Numbered from the stretch's first letter, positions 18,823 through 29,700 are shown. The stretch is 64,000 nt of DNA from an uncultured delta proteobacterium (GCA_963848135.1 CAWKCK010000018.1:448938-512937); one strand, 5' to 3'. The notes: generated by a model from the letters alone, not told the origin. Numbers and translations: made by a program.

Positions 18823-19906
18823 ACGCCCATAAAATTATAAATTTCTATTCCTTTATAAGCTTTAATTGCTCGCTTCTGGCAATCATATCACCACGCTTAA
18901 CTGAAATACTGACCGAAGGCTGTGAGATACCAAGCTTTTTTGATAGTTCGGTGGCGCTGAAACCCAGCTTCCTTACCGCCCAATAACACAATAAACTGCG
19001 CGCTTTGACTGTGAGCGGATATTTGCCGGCCCTCCACACCTGTTCAGGATCTATACCCAACTCTGATGACACTCTCATGGTTACTTTTTCTAAATCATAT
19101 CCTTGGGCTTTAAGTCGATAGCGCTCCTCCAAACGCTCTTGCGCTTGATCTAATACGGCCTGTGCAAATTCACCGTCGCCCAAAATACGCTCATCACTTT
19201 TCATATGATCCTGTGCCCGGCGCATCGCTTTGACGGCCGACCAGCCGCCGGCACTTCGAACAAGACCGCCTCCAACCAACTCCGGCCGACGGCCCCGGGC
19301 TATGCCCTTATCGACATAGGCCCGGTAGGCTTTACGCGCAGCGGCAACTTTCCTTCCAAACAGCCGCAGTACATAGGCGGTGTCCTGAAAATCTCTTTTA
19401 ACTTTTCCCATCAGCACGCTATGGCCACTGTATGGATATTTATCGGATTCTGTCAGACTTTCAACGCTTTTGGCGCGTAATGGATTCAGATGAATATAAC
19501 GCACCAATTCCAGCAAGTAGGTGTCCTCTTGGCACAATATTGATTTGTAACGATTCTGGAATAGATGTCCATGCCGCCGGTGCCGGCGATTAAACGAAAC
19601 CGCATAGCCGGTTAATAGCCGTCTCATCACCGTGGCCAAAGGCGCTTGTCCGGTTCGCAGTAAAATATGCGCATGATTGGGGATAAGCGCCCAGGCGAAA
19701 CAGGCGGTTTGTGTTTCAGTGACGATATCGCCCAAACGTTTGACGAAATTATCCCGGTCCTGATCATCCGAGAATATCCGTTGACGCTTGATTCCCCGGA
19801 CGAAGATATGATGCAGCGCTCCAGGAGCATCGATGCGCGATTTGCGTGGCATAAAACCTTTATATCATCTATTGTTCATTCATAAAAGTTATAATTCTAT
19901 GGGCGT
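18823..19906 (-). mobile_element. RAYT-like (Y1 HUH) element bounded by 18-bp inverted repeats
   Basis: ACGCCCATAAAATTATAA (18823-18840) and TTATAATTCTATGGGCGT (19889-19906), 17/18 match. Confidence 0.7.
18845..19852 (-). CDS. REP-associated tyrosine transposase-like protein (Y1_Tnp) with C-terminal HTH
   Basis: MPRKSR...HHIFVRG, NHAH (HUH), GHLFQNRYKS, RYIHLNP, C-terminal HTH ATELSKKLGISQPSVS. Confidence 0.88.
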   Translation of the reverse strand: MPRKSRIDAPGALHHIFVRGIKRQRIFSDDQDRDNFVKRLGDIVTETQTACFAWALIPNHAHILLRTGQAPLATVMRRLLTGYAVSFNRRHRRHGHLFQNRYKSILCQEDTYLLELVRYIHLNPLRAKSVESLTESDKYPYSGHSVLMGKVKRDFQDTAYVLRLFGRKVAAARKAYRAYVDKGIARGRRPELVGGGLVRSAGGWSAVKAMRRAQDHMKSDERILGDGEFAQAVLDQAQERLEERYRLKAQGYDLEKVTMRVSSELGIDPEQVWRAGKYPLTVKARSLLCYWAVRKLGFSATELSKKLGISQPSVSISVKRGDMIARSEQLKLIKE

Positions 19907-20040
19907 TATATATTGAAATAACTATAGAATATACTTCCAAGAGTAGTAAAAAAGAAAGTAATTATCGCCTTGTAAAAAAATAACCTCCTGATAGCATAAG
20001 GGCACCCAAAACCTAAACCCACAGCTAAAAGGAGGTTATC

Positions 20041-21324
20041 ATGAACGACTCTGACCTTAGCAGGATCGAGGGGTTCCGTCAACTCAAGCAGGAGATTCGG
20101 GGTTCGGATCGTCATTTGATCGTAGGAATCGATATCGCCAAGAGTACGCATCACGCTTTCCTGGGAACCGCAAACGGTAAAACCGTTTTGAAAGGCTTGA
20201 TCTTTGAAAATTCACGGCAAGGGCTGGAGAAGCTTCTAACCCGTGTGCAGTTTTACATGGACCGCGACGGTTTCAGAGAGGTCGTTTTCGGTGTTGAACC
20301 AACCAGTGTATATCATAAACCTCTGGCCGAGAAGCTCATCGAGCACGGTCACATGGTCGTGTATGTCACCAATGAGGCCATAAAGAAAAACCGGACATTG
20401 CTCGATGGGCGCTGGGACAAAAACGACACCAAAGATGCAGCCAATGTGGCCGATCTTATCAGCCAGGGAAAATGCAACTATTATGATCTGCCCGGCATGC
20501 CGATCCGTGAACTGCGCAGTCTGCTGTTGTTGCGAAAGCGTTTAAAGAAGCAGCTTCACAGCTGCCGGGTGCGCATCCGCAACAATCTTGTGGCACAGTA
20601 CTTTCCGGAGCTCGACAAATCGTGGAATCAGGCTGAAGACGAGAACCTGGCCATAGTGCGCTGGTTTTTGTCTCCCGAGAAAATCAGATCTTTGGAATTT
20701 GAAGACTTTTTTAATCGGGTAACAAAGCGCTGCCGAGGCATCCGTCAACGTCGTCGTCTACGCACAGTTTGGGAGATGGCCGGCGAGTCGATCGGCTGTC
20801 GCCCCGGCACTGCGATGCAACTTGAAGCAAAAGTCCTTACCGAGAATATCAAAAGCACCAAAGAGCAGATCGAAAAAGTCGAGAAGGAAATCGAAAAGAT
20901 TAGCGGCAGCTGCGAGGAGTATGCTCACCTGCAGACAATTCCAGGATTCGGGCCGTATGTGTCGGCGGTCGTGCTGGCTGCGATCGGCAACCCGCACCGT
21001 TTTGAAAACATCCAGCAGCTCAAACGACTGGCAGGCTTTGACCTGAATGCTTCGCGCAGCGGTAAAAGAAGCCGCAGCGCCGTGCCGGTAATCAGCAAGA
21101 AAGGCAAAGGCGATTTGCGTTACGCTCTTTACCAGGCAGCTTTGGTGGCCTCGAGCTTGACCAGGCAGTTCAGAGCTTATTATCACAGCATCCTGAAAGG
21201 CAGAGAAAAAGAAAAAGGTATTCGCACCAAAATGCGTGTCAAGTTGGCGTCAAAATTTTTGGTGATCGCCTGGACCTTGATGAAGAAAAAGGAACCGTTC
21301 AGCCCGTCATATCTGAAGATATAG
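20041..21324 (+). CDS. IS110 family recombinase/transposase
   Basis: Protein identical to 11994..13277; AGGAGG RBS. Confidence 0.95.
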   Translation: MNDSDLSRIEGFRQLKQEIRGSDRHLIVGIDIAKSTHHAFLGTANGKTVLKGLIFENSRQGLEKLLTRVQFYMDRDGFREVVFGVEPTSVYHKPLAEKLIEHGHMVVYVTNEAIKKNRTLLDGRWDKNDTKDAANVADLISQGKCNYYDLPGMPIRELRSLLLLRKRLKKQLHSCRVRIRNNLVAQYFPELDKSWNQAEDENLAIVRWFLSPEKIRSLEFEDFFNRVTKRCRGIRQRRRLRTVWEMAGESIGCRPGTAMQLEAKVLTENIKSTKEQIEKVEKEIEKISGSCEEYAHLQTIPGFGPYVSAVVLAAIGNPHRFENIQQLKRLAGFDLNASRSGKRSRSAVPVISKKGKGDLRYALYQAALVASSLTRQFRAYYHSILKGREKEKGIRTKMRVKLASKFLVIAWTLMKKKEPFSPSYLKI

Positions 21325-21340
21325 CTTGAATCGAACAGAC

Positions 21341-21523
21341 TTCGGCGAGAGAGCCCGAGAATGGACGTTGAGGCTTTGAGACCTCTGGAGGGACAATTAA
21401 GGGCCTCTCGCTGAGCCCCAAACTTTGACAAGGGATGATGGGTGATCCCTCTCTGTCAGGGATATGCCGTATAAAAGTAACGATCAAGTCAGGGCTCATT
21501 TACAAGCGAGTTTATCCGCCGAA
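21341..21523 (+). ncRNA. Putative IS110 bridge/seek RNA (copy 2)
   Basis: Outer stem TTCGGCG/CGCCGAA encloses two stem-loops with large internal loops; loop 1 carries ATGGACGT and AGGGAC, which match the target. Confidence 0.72.
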
Positions 21524-21832
21524 TTCCTTAACCAAAAACGTAGAAGATAAGTGCGTCCATTTGATTACAAATATTATAACAAGTTGTAATCAATATAAAA
21601 AAGTAAAAGCTTGACAGGGGGAATACAGGATGTCCCTTATTTTTCTTATTTTTATCTTCGCCACTGGTCTTTCTATCACTAATTGCTTATAGCCTTGTTT
21701 GTGATGTGCTTTTTGTCTGGATGCCGACTTTTGGCAACGGGCGTAATATTGTGCACGCTTCCTCTTGACCTTCTGGTATCCTATCCTAATGTTTCGTTTT
21801 CATAATCTTCATTTGAGAGGCAGGAGAATTCT

Positions 21833-23314
21833 ATGATGCCCAGCAGCAGACAAAACCGCCCGGACGCCGGGTGGAAATTCGAGAACAGTTACGCACGGTT
21901 GCCGGAGGCTTTCTATGTCCGGCTGAATCCAGTACCGGTGCGCACGCCGAAACTCGTGATTTTCAACGTAGCGCTGGCGCAGTTTTTGGGGCTGAACCCC
22001 GATGCCCTAAATGGCGATGAGGGCGCCGCCGTTTTCTCGGGCAACAAGCTTCCCGAGGGGGCCGAGCCTCTCGCTCAGGCCTATGCGGGGCATCAATTCG
22101 GTTTTTTCACCATGCTGGGCGATGGGCGGGCAATATTGCTGGGCGAGCAACTGACACCGAAAGGTGAGCGCTTCGACATCCAGTACAAAGGGTCCGGCAG
22201 AACCCCGTTTTCGCGGCGGGGGGACGGGCGGGCGGCCCTGGGGCCGATGCTACGGGAGTACATCATCAGCGAGGCCCTGCACGCCCTGGAAATACCGACG
22301 ACCCGCAGCCTTGCGGTGGTGACCACTGGTGAACCGGTGTCCCGTGAAACCACCCTGCAGGGTGCGATTCTCACCCGCACGGCGGCCAGCCACATCCGCG
22401 TGGGCACTTTCGAGTATGCGGCGGCAAGGGCAAAACCCAACGAGTTCCGGACGCTGGCCGATTACACCATCCGTCGCCACTTTCCTGATCTGGCCGCGGA
22501 CGGGAATCCGTATCTTGCCCTACTTGGGGCCGTCATGGAGCGGCAGGCGTCCCTGGTGGCCCGCTGGCTCCAGGTCGGCTTCATCCACGGCGTTATGAAC
22601 ACGGACAACATGGCCCTTTGCGGTGAAACCATCGATTACGGCCCCTGCGCGTTCATGGACGCCTACGATCCGATTACCGTCTTCAGTTCCATCGATCAAA
22701 ACGGCCGATACGCCTACGGCCGGCAGCCGCAGATCGCCCAGTGGAATCTTGCCCGGTTTGCCGAGACACTGTTGCCGCTAATTCACGAGGATCCGCAAGA
22801 GGCCGTATCGATGGCAAAAGAGGCAATCTCTGGATTTTCAGACAGCTTCCGTCATTACTGGCTGGCGGGCATGCGGGCCAAACTGGGACTGTTGAACCAG
22901 GAAGCGGATGACGGCGCTCTGGTGGAGGACTTGCTCGATTGCATGCACCGACACGGAGCGGATTTTACCAACACCTTTCGCGAGCTGGCATCCGGTTCCT
23001 TGCCGGAGGCCTCCGTGTTCCGGGCCCTGGATTTTAAGCAGTGGTTTGAGCGCTGGCAGGCCCGGCTAAAACGGCAACCTGATTCCTGGGAGGCAGCCCG
23101 TCGGCTTATGAACACCCACAACCCGGCGGTCATCCCCCGCAACCACCGGGTGGAAGAGGCCTTGGAGGCAGCCGTGGAGCGGGCCGATTTTACGGTCATG
23201 GAAAAACTACTGGTTTTTCTGTCCCAACCCTACCAGAATCCACCGAAACAGGCCGGCTATCACCAGCCACCGCCCCCTTCGGCGCAGCCCTACCAAACCT
23301 TTTGCGGGACGTGA
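21833..23314 (+). CDS. selO: Protein adenylyltransferase SelO (YdiU family)
   Basis: [41 protein letters not shown], terminal TFCGT. Confidence 0.95.
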   Translation: MMPSSRQNRPDAGWKFENSYARLPEAFYVRLNPVPVRTPKLVIFNVALAQFLGLNPDALNGDEGAAVFSGNKLPEGAEPLAQAYAGHQFGFFTMLGDGRAILLGEQLTPKGERFDIQYKGSGRTPFSRRGDGRAALGPMLREYIISEALHALEIPTTRSLAVVTTGEPVSRETTLQGAILTRTAASHIRVGTFEYAAARAKPNEFRTLADYTIRRHFPDLAADGNPYLALLGAVMERQASLVARWLQVGFIHGVMNTDNMALCGETIDYGPCAFMDAYDPITVFSSIDQNGRYAYGRQPQIAQWNLARFAETLLPLIHEDPQEAVSMAKEAISGFSDSFRHYWLAGMRAKLGLLNQEADDGALVEDLLDCMHRHGADFTNTFRELASGSLPEASVFRALDFKQWFERWQARLKRQPDSWEAARRLMNTHNPAVIPRNHRVEEALEAAVERADFTVMEKLLVFLSQPYQNPPKQAGYHQPPPPSAQPYQTFCGT

Positions 23315-23341
23315 GCCCATCGACGGTTGCCACTCTCTGCA

Positions 23342-23378
23342 GGCCACCCTGCTGGTTGCCGGCAGGGTGGCCCTTTAT
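23342..23378 (+). terminator. Probable intrinsic terminator after selO
   Basis: GGCCACCCTGC/GCAGGGTGGCC stem followed by a short T-rich tail. Confidence 0.55.
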
Positions 23379-23984
23379 GCATTACCATCCGCGACGCCAA
23401 CCCGACAGGCCGACATTGATGTGAGGATTAGGTTTTGGCCTTTAATGACTATGAAAGGGACGCAGTTCTTCTGCACTTTGGGGATTTCGAGCACCTCAAA
23501 ACTTCTTACCTTGGTTTGGGCCTTTCTTGCCCTCTCGGACAACCATCGGGCTACCCAATATAAGAGCATTAAAACAGTTTCAATAAACGTGAAACAGTTA
23601 TGTATTTTGATTTAAAACGTTTTACCCCTAATAATTTCGACAAAAAATATCTCTCCAACTCATTGCCTATCACATAACTGGTTTCCCAAGATCACCAGCA
23701 ATATTTCAACTCATACCAATTGAAGTCATGGGAAAAAATGGAAATTATCAAACACCATATCCCAAATATTAGAAATATTGATTCAAACATTTTAATTGTC
23801 CTCAAAATGGGTTGATCAAATGAATTTTGGGCGAAGTAAATGCTTTCTGATTTATGTGCAATCGCAGTGCCAACACTTTAACCATTTGGAATTAAACAGC
23901 ATTGGCAACTCACTGCCCCGTGGCGAGTGGATCACTGTATGAAATACCCAACAAATCGGACTTCTGAGTTTATGAAATTAAACT

Positions 23985-24070
23985 CAAGGAAAGGTTATCA
24001 CGAGATAAAAATCTCAACTGGTGGCGTTTGTGGGGTACTTAAACGAACTGGCTTGAATCGGTTACCAAAA
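23985..24070 (+). pseudogene. Short IS481-like transposase remnant
   Basis: Translation YHEIKISTGGVCGVLKRTGLNRLP resembles the IS481 HTH segment; no catalytic domain nearby. Confidence 0.35.
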
Positions 24071-24253
24071 ATTGATGAATGTTTGGGGTCACGGCGAAAT
24101 GTCAATTCACGCGGTGCAATTATTTTTCTGAAAATTTTTCCCGCTATGTTTCTGGGCGTTTGTGGTATTTTTTTTCGATAGTTTTGTCCATTTTATAATG
24201 TTTTGTCATGTATAAGTTCAAAGGCATAAAACCTCCCAATACTCCTTTTGCGC

Positions 24254-25095
24254 TCATTTTCCCCCTGGTGGTTGGTCCCGAACCGGTGATGTCGTATGCT
24301 TTAACGCTTTGAGATCTCTACTCCATTTCCTTTCCATCACTTGCCCCCAGAGAGGCTCGCGCTCTAGTGCTTCCTCCATACGCTTTAGGGTTCTCTCTCG
24401 CTCCTCCAATGAAAGCGCAAAAAAGTAGGCTGAAAAAGGACCGAGTTCACGAGGTGTGTCAGCATAGCGCTGCATAAACTCTTCGTACTCTGTCAAGAAA
24501 TGATCCATCAAATCTTGTCTTACGGATACCGGGACCTGATAGCGGCCCTTTTCTTCTGCGTCATAATTGAGTTGCCTGATCATAGCATCCAGCTCATTTA
24601 TCGAGCGGGACCATTCATATGGATTATCGGAAAAATCAGAAAACACTGTGGCTTGCTTTATTTCGTTAAATGCCACCCGTCCCGGAAAGGATGTTTTGCC
24701 TGGGACAAGAGGACCAAAAGCATGATGTAGCTTAGGTATGTAGACGAACTCAATCCATGGAAAAAGCTTACGATCCAGCACATTGTGGAAATGCAACAAA
24801 CGCTCTATCTTGTATGATCCTGTGAAATCCGTTCGAATTATCAGCCTGGTCGCCAATATGTAATACTATCGACCAAATTAAATCTGTAACCTCTGTAATA
24901 ATAAACAATGTAAGCGCCTTCTATGGGATCGCCTTTGTCATCCAATAGCTTACCCCTTGTCTCTGGTGCTATCGATATAGAAGCTGCAGCAATCACCAGT
25001 GTGAGTAACGCGGATGAAACTAAGAAAATACGAATGAGGAGAGCAAAACGTTTTCGAGATCCCTTTGTTCTATTTTCTGATCTTTCACTTTCCAT
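24254..25095 (-). CDS. Hypothetical exported/membrane-anchored protein, split by a frameshift near 24850
   Basis: Overlapping ORFs 24841..25095 (N-terminal TM, GKLLDDKGDPIEGAYI) and 24254..24856. Confidence 0.5.
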
Positions 25096-25687
25096 ATTGT
25101 GGGCGCCTGTAAAATATTTTTATATCATGCCGCTTGAAAATTTCGACTTTCAGGGGCGCTTAAATCGAACTACCCAACGCGAGGGGGTAGTTGCCTAAAG
25201 CGTCGAATCTGACCGTGCGCTCTTCGTTCAATAGTCTGTGACCCAAACAACCTTCCCGGAGGCGAGAAGCCGACTTTCTAGTTGCATATCAGTAAGGTCA
25301 GCCACGAATTCCGCTATTGGTGTTGATAGCTCGGCAGCTACCTGTGGTAAATCGCGGAATTGTTCGGGCGCGAGTACGTCTCTCCACATAACGATGCGGT
25401 CATACACACTTCAATCTTTGCAATAATACTAATACATTATACATAACAAAAACCAATTAAACAAATATTGGTTTGCCTAAACCTTTGGGTTACGTACCTA
25501 AATTGTATCACCAAATACGCTTATAATTCTTGAGACTTAGCGGACGTGACATGCCGGCTGGGGAAATTGCAGATATGTGCCTGATTGGGCGAACTTTCAG
25601 GGTCGTACCAAACGTGTGGCAGCTTGTTAGTATCAAAAAATCCTGTAAGGTTATGATTTGCTGCATATACAGAAAATATAGCTTTCG

Positions 25688-26125
25688 TCAATCAAAAATG
25701 ATATTTATTACTCTTCTCAACTGCCGATGATTCTTTTCCAGAGTTTCCTGCATTCTTTTGCAATCGATACAGGATGTAGTAACGGGTCGCGCTTTGAGTC
25801 GCTTCAGGGCGATTTCTTCACCACATGATTCACAAATCCCAAATGTGCCTTGTTCCAATCTTTTGAGAGCTTTTTTTATCTTCCGAATTAGCTTGCTTTC
25901 GCGATCCCTGATGCGAAGAGACAGGTCGCGATCGGTTTGCAAAGATGCCCGGTCAAGAATGTCGGATGCGTGGACCGTTGAATCCAGTAGTCCGTTGATA
26001 GTGTGATCGGCGCGCTCCAGAAGCTGTTCCTGCCAATCGATCAGCAACTCCCTAAACTTTTTCAGCTCTGATTTTTTCATTATCCCCACCCCCCGAGATA
26101 GACTCTTCTTGTGGTTGTTATCCAA
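25688..26125 (-). CDS. dksA: RNA polymerase-binding protein DksA (C4 zinc finger); likely start at MKKSELKK (~26080)
   Basis: D.LDRAS, LRIRDRESKLIRKI, FGICESCGEEI...RL.ARPVTT.CIDCK. Confidence 0.85.
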   Translation of the reverse strand: MDNNHKKSLSRGVGIMKKSELKKFRELLIDWQEQLLERADHTINGLLDSTVHASDILDRASLQTDRDLSLRIRDRESKLIRKIKKALKRLEQGTFGICESCGEEIALKRLKARPVTTSCIDCKRMQETLEKNHRQLRRVINIIFD

Positions 26126-27508
26126 AGGCTTGGTGTGGCCCTAAAAGCCCTAATTTTCCTATAAAGACACTTTAGCAGCCTGTTAAATTAAGCTATGGTG
26201 TTACATCGCCCGCTTCTTGATCGAAATGGATGTGTATGTTTAATGGATTCGACCAACCGGCGTTTGCCCATGGCAGAAAGGATCGTGCGCTACGCATCGG
26301 CTGTTGAAATGGTTTTAGCCGGCGCAAGGCTATGTATGGAACTATGTGGTATATTCAGATACAATTGGGGAAATCACAAGACGAGTTGATTGCGGGTATA
26401 ATATGGGGTAAAAACCAATATTATTCGGTTTAGAAAAGGTCAGTGCAGGAATGCCGATTTTAATTTTCAGGCCCAGTTTTCTTTGGAAACTGGGCCGGTG
26501 AGAATCGAGCGAGCTGGTAACCGGGGCACATCAGTTCAGCGAATTCATTGGGTGTCTTTCCCTGGGGTAACTTGTTGGCTACTGGGAATTCAAATCTTTA
26601 CTCCCCTCCCTTAGTTGGATGTTGATGTTGCTAATCCTAAAAATACGGATAAACTTTAAACCAACCAGCGGACAAGAGAGACAATCAGTAACCAAAGAAG
26701 AATCGAGGGGGGTATTGAATAGCAAATCCCGCGGAGGCAGGTATTTTCCTCATCTACATTAATGGGATTTCTTGCGTGGTAGCTTTCAAGATCGCTGGTT
26801 GTGTGGTTCATCGATGCACCGCCTTATGTGATGCCAGACAACTACGAATATGTGCATTAAAAGTTATCAACTGTAATATTCCGTATGAATAGAAAATTTA
26901 CAAAATTCAAATAGGCATATCGCAAGCTGAAGAAAACGGGGCTGGTGCAGGCTGATCTCATTTTCGATTTGCGAAATCAAATATATCTCTAGTTATGTAT
27001 TTATTTTCTACCTGAAATCACCAATATAAATGGAATGTATAAAAGCCCTATACCAAATACCAGTAAGGTGGTTTCGAACAAGGTTGTTTCAAACATTTTG
27101 ATTTTACTCCTGGCTTATAATTGAGGATGATTTACTTCAAGAGGATTGAGGAAATTCACTGCAATTAAAATGCCGAAAATTATTATATATTTAACTCTCT
27201 GCAATTAAACAGTTTTATTTAAGATATTTTTTTAGTAGAAAGGATAGTGTATGAATTAACATACAAATTGAGGCTTTCTGGTGTAGGAAATGTAATACAC
27301 GATTGCTGGAGAGGAACTGCGCCGAATCAGCCGCAACTGGACAGCGACATCGAGTTACTTCAGTTGATGGCCGCTATCCTGTATGTAAGCACCGGCAAAA
27401 AACCGCGAGTATTCGGGGGTTTTCACTACGCAGTTCGGAAATGGAAAGATTCCATGCAATGACTGGGCTAACCGCGGTAGGATAACTTGTAACCGGAAGA
27501 TTTGACAT

Positions 27509-28949
27509 ATGAGTCAGACCATATTCTGGGCCCTGCATATTCTCATACAGATCGCACTTATAGTGAGGGTGCTGCTACGGCCCCATCGGGAACCGGCCTC
27601 GCGGATCGCCTGGATCGTGGTCATCATCGCCGTTCCGGTGGTGGGCATCCTGGCATACATCCTGTTGGGTGAGACAAACATCGGCCGGCACCGAGTGGAG
27701 CGGATGCGCGAGGTTCTCTCCCGGCTGCCGGATGTGGCTGCCGCGCCGGGATGGGACGCACGCAAATCTGCAAGGCCGACGTACCGCAGCGCTACGCGCA
27801 TCTGTTTCAAGTCGGAAAATCGGTCAACGGTTTCGACCCTGTCGGCGGCAACCGGGCGCAGTTGATGCAGGATTCGAACGCAACCATCGACTCCATGGTG
27901 GCCGACATCGATGCCGCCAAAGACCACGTTCACCTGCTGTTCTACATCTGGCTGCCGGACAACAACGGGCGCAAGGTGGTCGAAGCGCTGAAGCGGGCCG
28001 CGGCGCGCGGGGTCACTTGCCGGGCCATGGCGGACGGACTGGGCTCGCGCACCATGATCCACTCGGAGCACTGGCAGGCCATGCGGAAGGCCGGCGTTCA
28101 CGTGGCCGTGGCCCTGCCGATCGGCAACCCGCTGCTGCGGCCGCTGAAGGGGCGTATCGACCTGCGCAATCACCGCAAGATCGTCGTCATCGACGATCGC
28201 ATCACCTATTGCGGCAGCCAGAACTGTGCCGATCCGGAGTTTCTGGTCAAGGCCAAGTATGCGCCCTGGGTGGACGCCATGATGCGCTTCGAGGGACCGA
28301 TCGCCCGCCAGAACCAGCACCTGTTTGTCGGCGACTGGATGGCGAAACGGGCGAAGAGATCAGCGATCTGTTGAGGCAGCCGCTTCCGCCGGCCCAGCCC
28401 GGGTTTCCGGCGCAGGTGATCGGCACCGGACCGACCGTACGCTACTCGGCCATGCCCGAGATGTTCGAGTCGCTGATGTACGCCGCCCGCCGCGAGCTGG
28501 TTATCTCGACTCCCTACTACGTTCCCGACGAGGCCATGCAGACCGGGCTGTGCGCGAGCGCCCGCCGCGGGGTCGATACGACCATCATTTTCCCGGCGCG
28601 GAACGACTCGTGGATCGTCGGCGCGGCCAGCCGAAGCTATTACGACGATCTGCTCGCTGCCGGCGTCCGAATCTTCGAATACGAGGGCGGGCTGCTGCAC
28701 ACCAAGTCGCTGACCCTGGACGGGGAAGTCACGTTGATCGGTTCCGCCAACATGGACCGCCGCAGTTTCGAGCTGAACTACGAAAACAACATCCTGTTTT
28801 ACGACCCGGCGCTGACGGCCGACATGCGTCGGCGCCAGGACAGCTACATCGCCCAATCCAAACCGGTCACCGGTGACATGGTGGCGCACTGGAGTTGGCA
28901 GCGCCGGCTCTGGAACAACGCCATTGCGATGCTCGGGCCTGTGCTGTGA
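27509..28949 (+). pseudogene. cls: Cardiolipin synthase, frameshifted (possibly sequencing error)
   Basis: Three overlapping frames give the PLDc_N TM hairpin, HKD1 (RNHRKIVVIDD) and HKD2 (LHTKSLTLDG...GSANMD); shifts near 27760-27775 and 28343. Confidence 0.85.
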
Positions 28950-29187
28950 ATAATACGCTTGGCCAATTTGACCTCGGAAAACTTCCAGAGCATCAACAAG
29001 GCGCTAGCAATATTGACCTTGAAGGTTTTGATATGCGGGGTGAGGCACCAAAGACATGTAAAATGTATTGCTTTTTAATTAAACCGTCGTGGTTCGATGG
29101 ATTGGGAGAATGGTTACCCCCCCCTTAAAGGGCTTATACCTTTAATATTTCAATGAAAATATAAAAAAGGTTGATATTGTATTACAT

Positions 29188-29700
29188 ATGATGTACAATT
29201 TAACCATGAAAAAGGACATCGTTTACTCAATTCGGATGGCAAACTTGGTGCGCGATACGCTCAGGCGTGCAGCAACAAAAGAGCGGAGGACAGTCGCATC
29301 CCTCCTGGACAAAATCATTTTAAATTATCTTGAAGAGCAGCGCTACCTATTACCGCATGAAACTGGTAATGATCGACGTGTGCATCAGAGGAGCAAAATT
29401 ACTCTTCCCGCAATGACGATCATGGAAAATGGTTACAAAAATTCTTCATATCCCTGTGTGATTACAGATATCGCCATGGGAGGTGTAAATATTACCTATC
29501 CTAAGGGGTCACAGATAAGAAGGTTTTGCTGCGCGGGCAGGATGAGTTCAGGCTTTTATTTAGACTTCCCGAAAATACATTGGAAATCGAATTCAAGTGC
29601 GATGCCCGCCGTTTGGTGGAGGAAGACAGAGAAATTCACGTCGGTGCCATGATCAACAATCCTAATCCTGACGACCTTGACACCCTGCGAAAATACTTAA
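29188..29700 (+). CDS. Ribbon-helix-helix-like N-terminus plus PilZ domain protein, frameshifted near 29530
   Basis: YSIRM...RRTVASLLDKI; PilZ RxxxR (DRRVHQR) and DxxxGG (DIAMGG); the alternative frame continues ..IEFKCDARRL.. to a stop at 29700. Confidence 0.6.

Larger units (their letters stand above)
19907..21633 (+). mobile_element. IS110 family element, copy 2 (1727 bp)
   Basis: 134-bp left end, 427-aa transposase, 309-bp right end; inserted at TATGGGC-GT-CCCT. Confidence 0.92.

Noticed and set aside
19906..20154. 82-aa antisense ORF (and its twin at 13164..13412) in the IS110 left end
   Set aside because: It overlaps the transposase on the opposite strand, is duplicated only because the IS is duplicated, and has no motif.
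23375..23569. Possible further RAYT-end remnant (minus strand AACTGCGTCCCTTT near 23455-23467)
   Set aside because: Only the GTCCC part matches, and the adjacent translation is not convincingly RAYT-like.
25200..25420. Short minus-strand reading frame and AACTACCC/GGGTAGTT hairpin nearby
   Set aside because: Could be a gene remnant or degenerate attC, but no family or R/L-box structure could be supported.
26130..27500. Long ORF-poor region with a hairpin at 26470-26496; candidate sRNA or riboswitch
   Set aside because: No recognisable riboswitch consensus, and the hairpin lacks a U-tract; an Rfam search would be needed.
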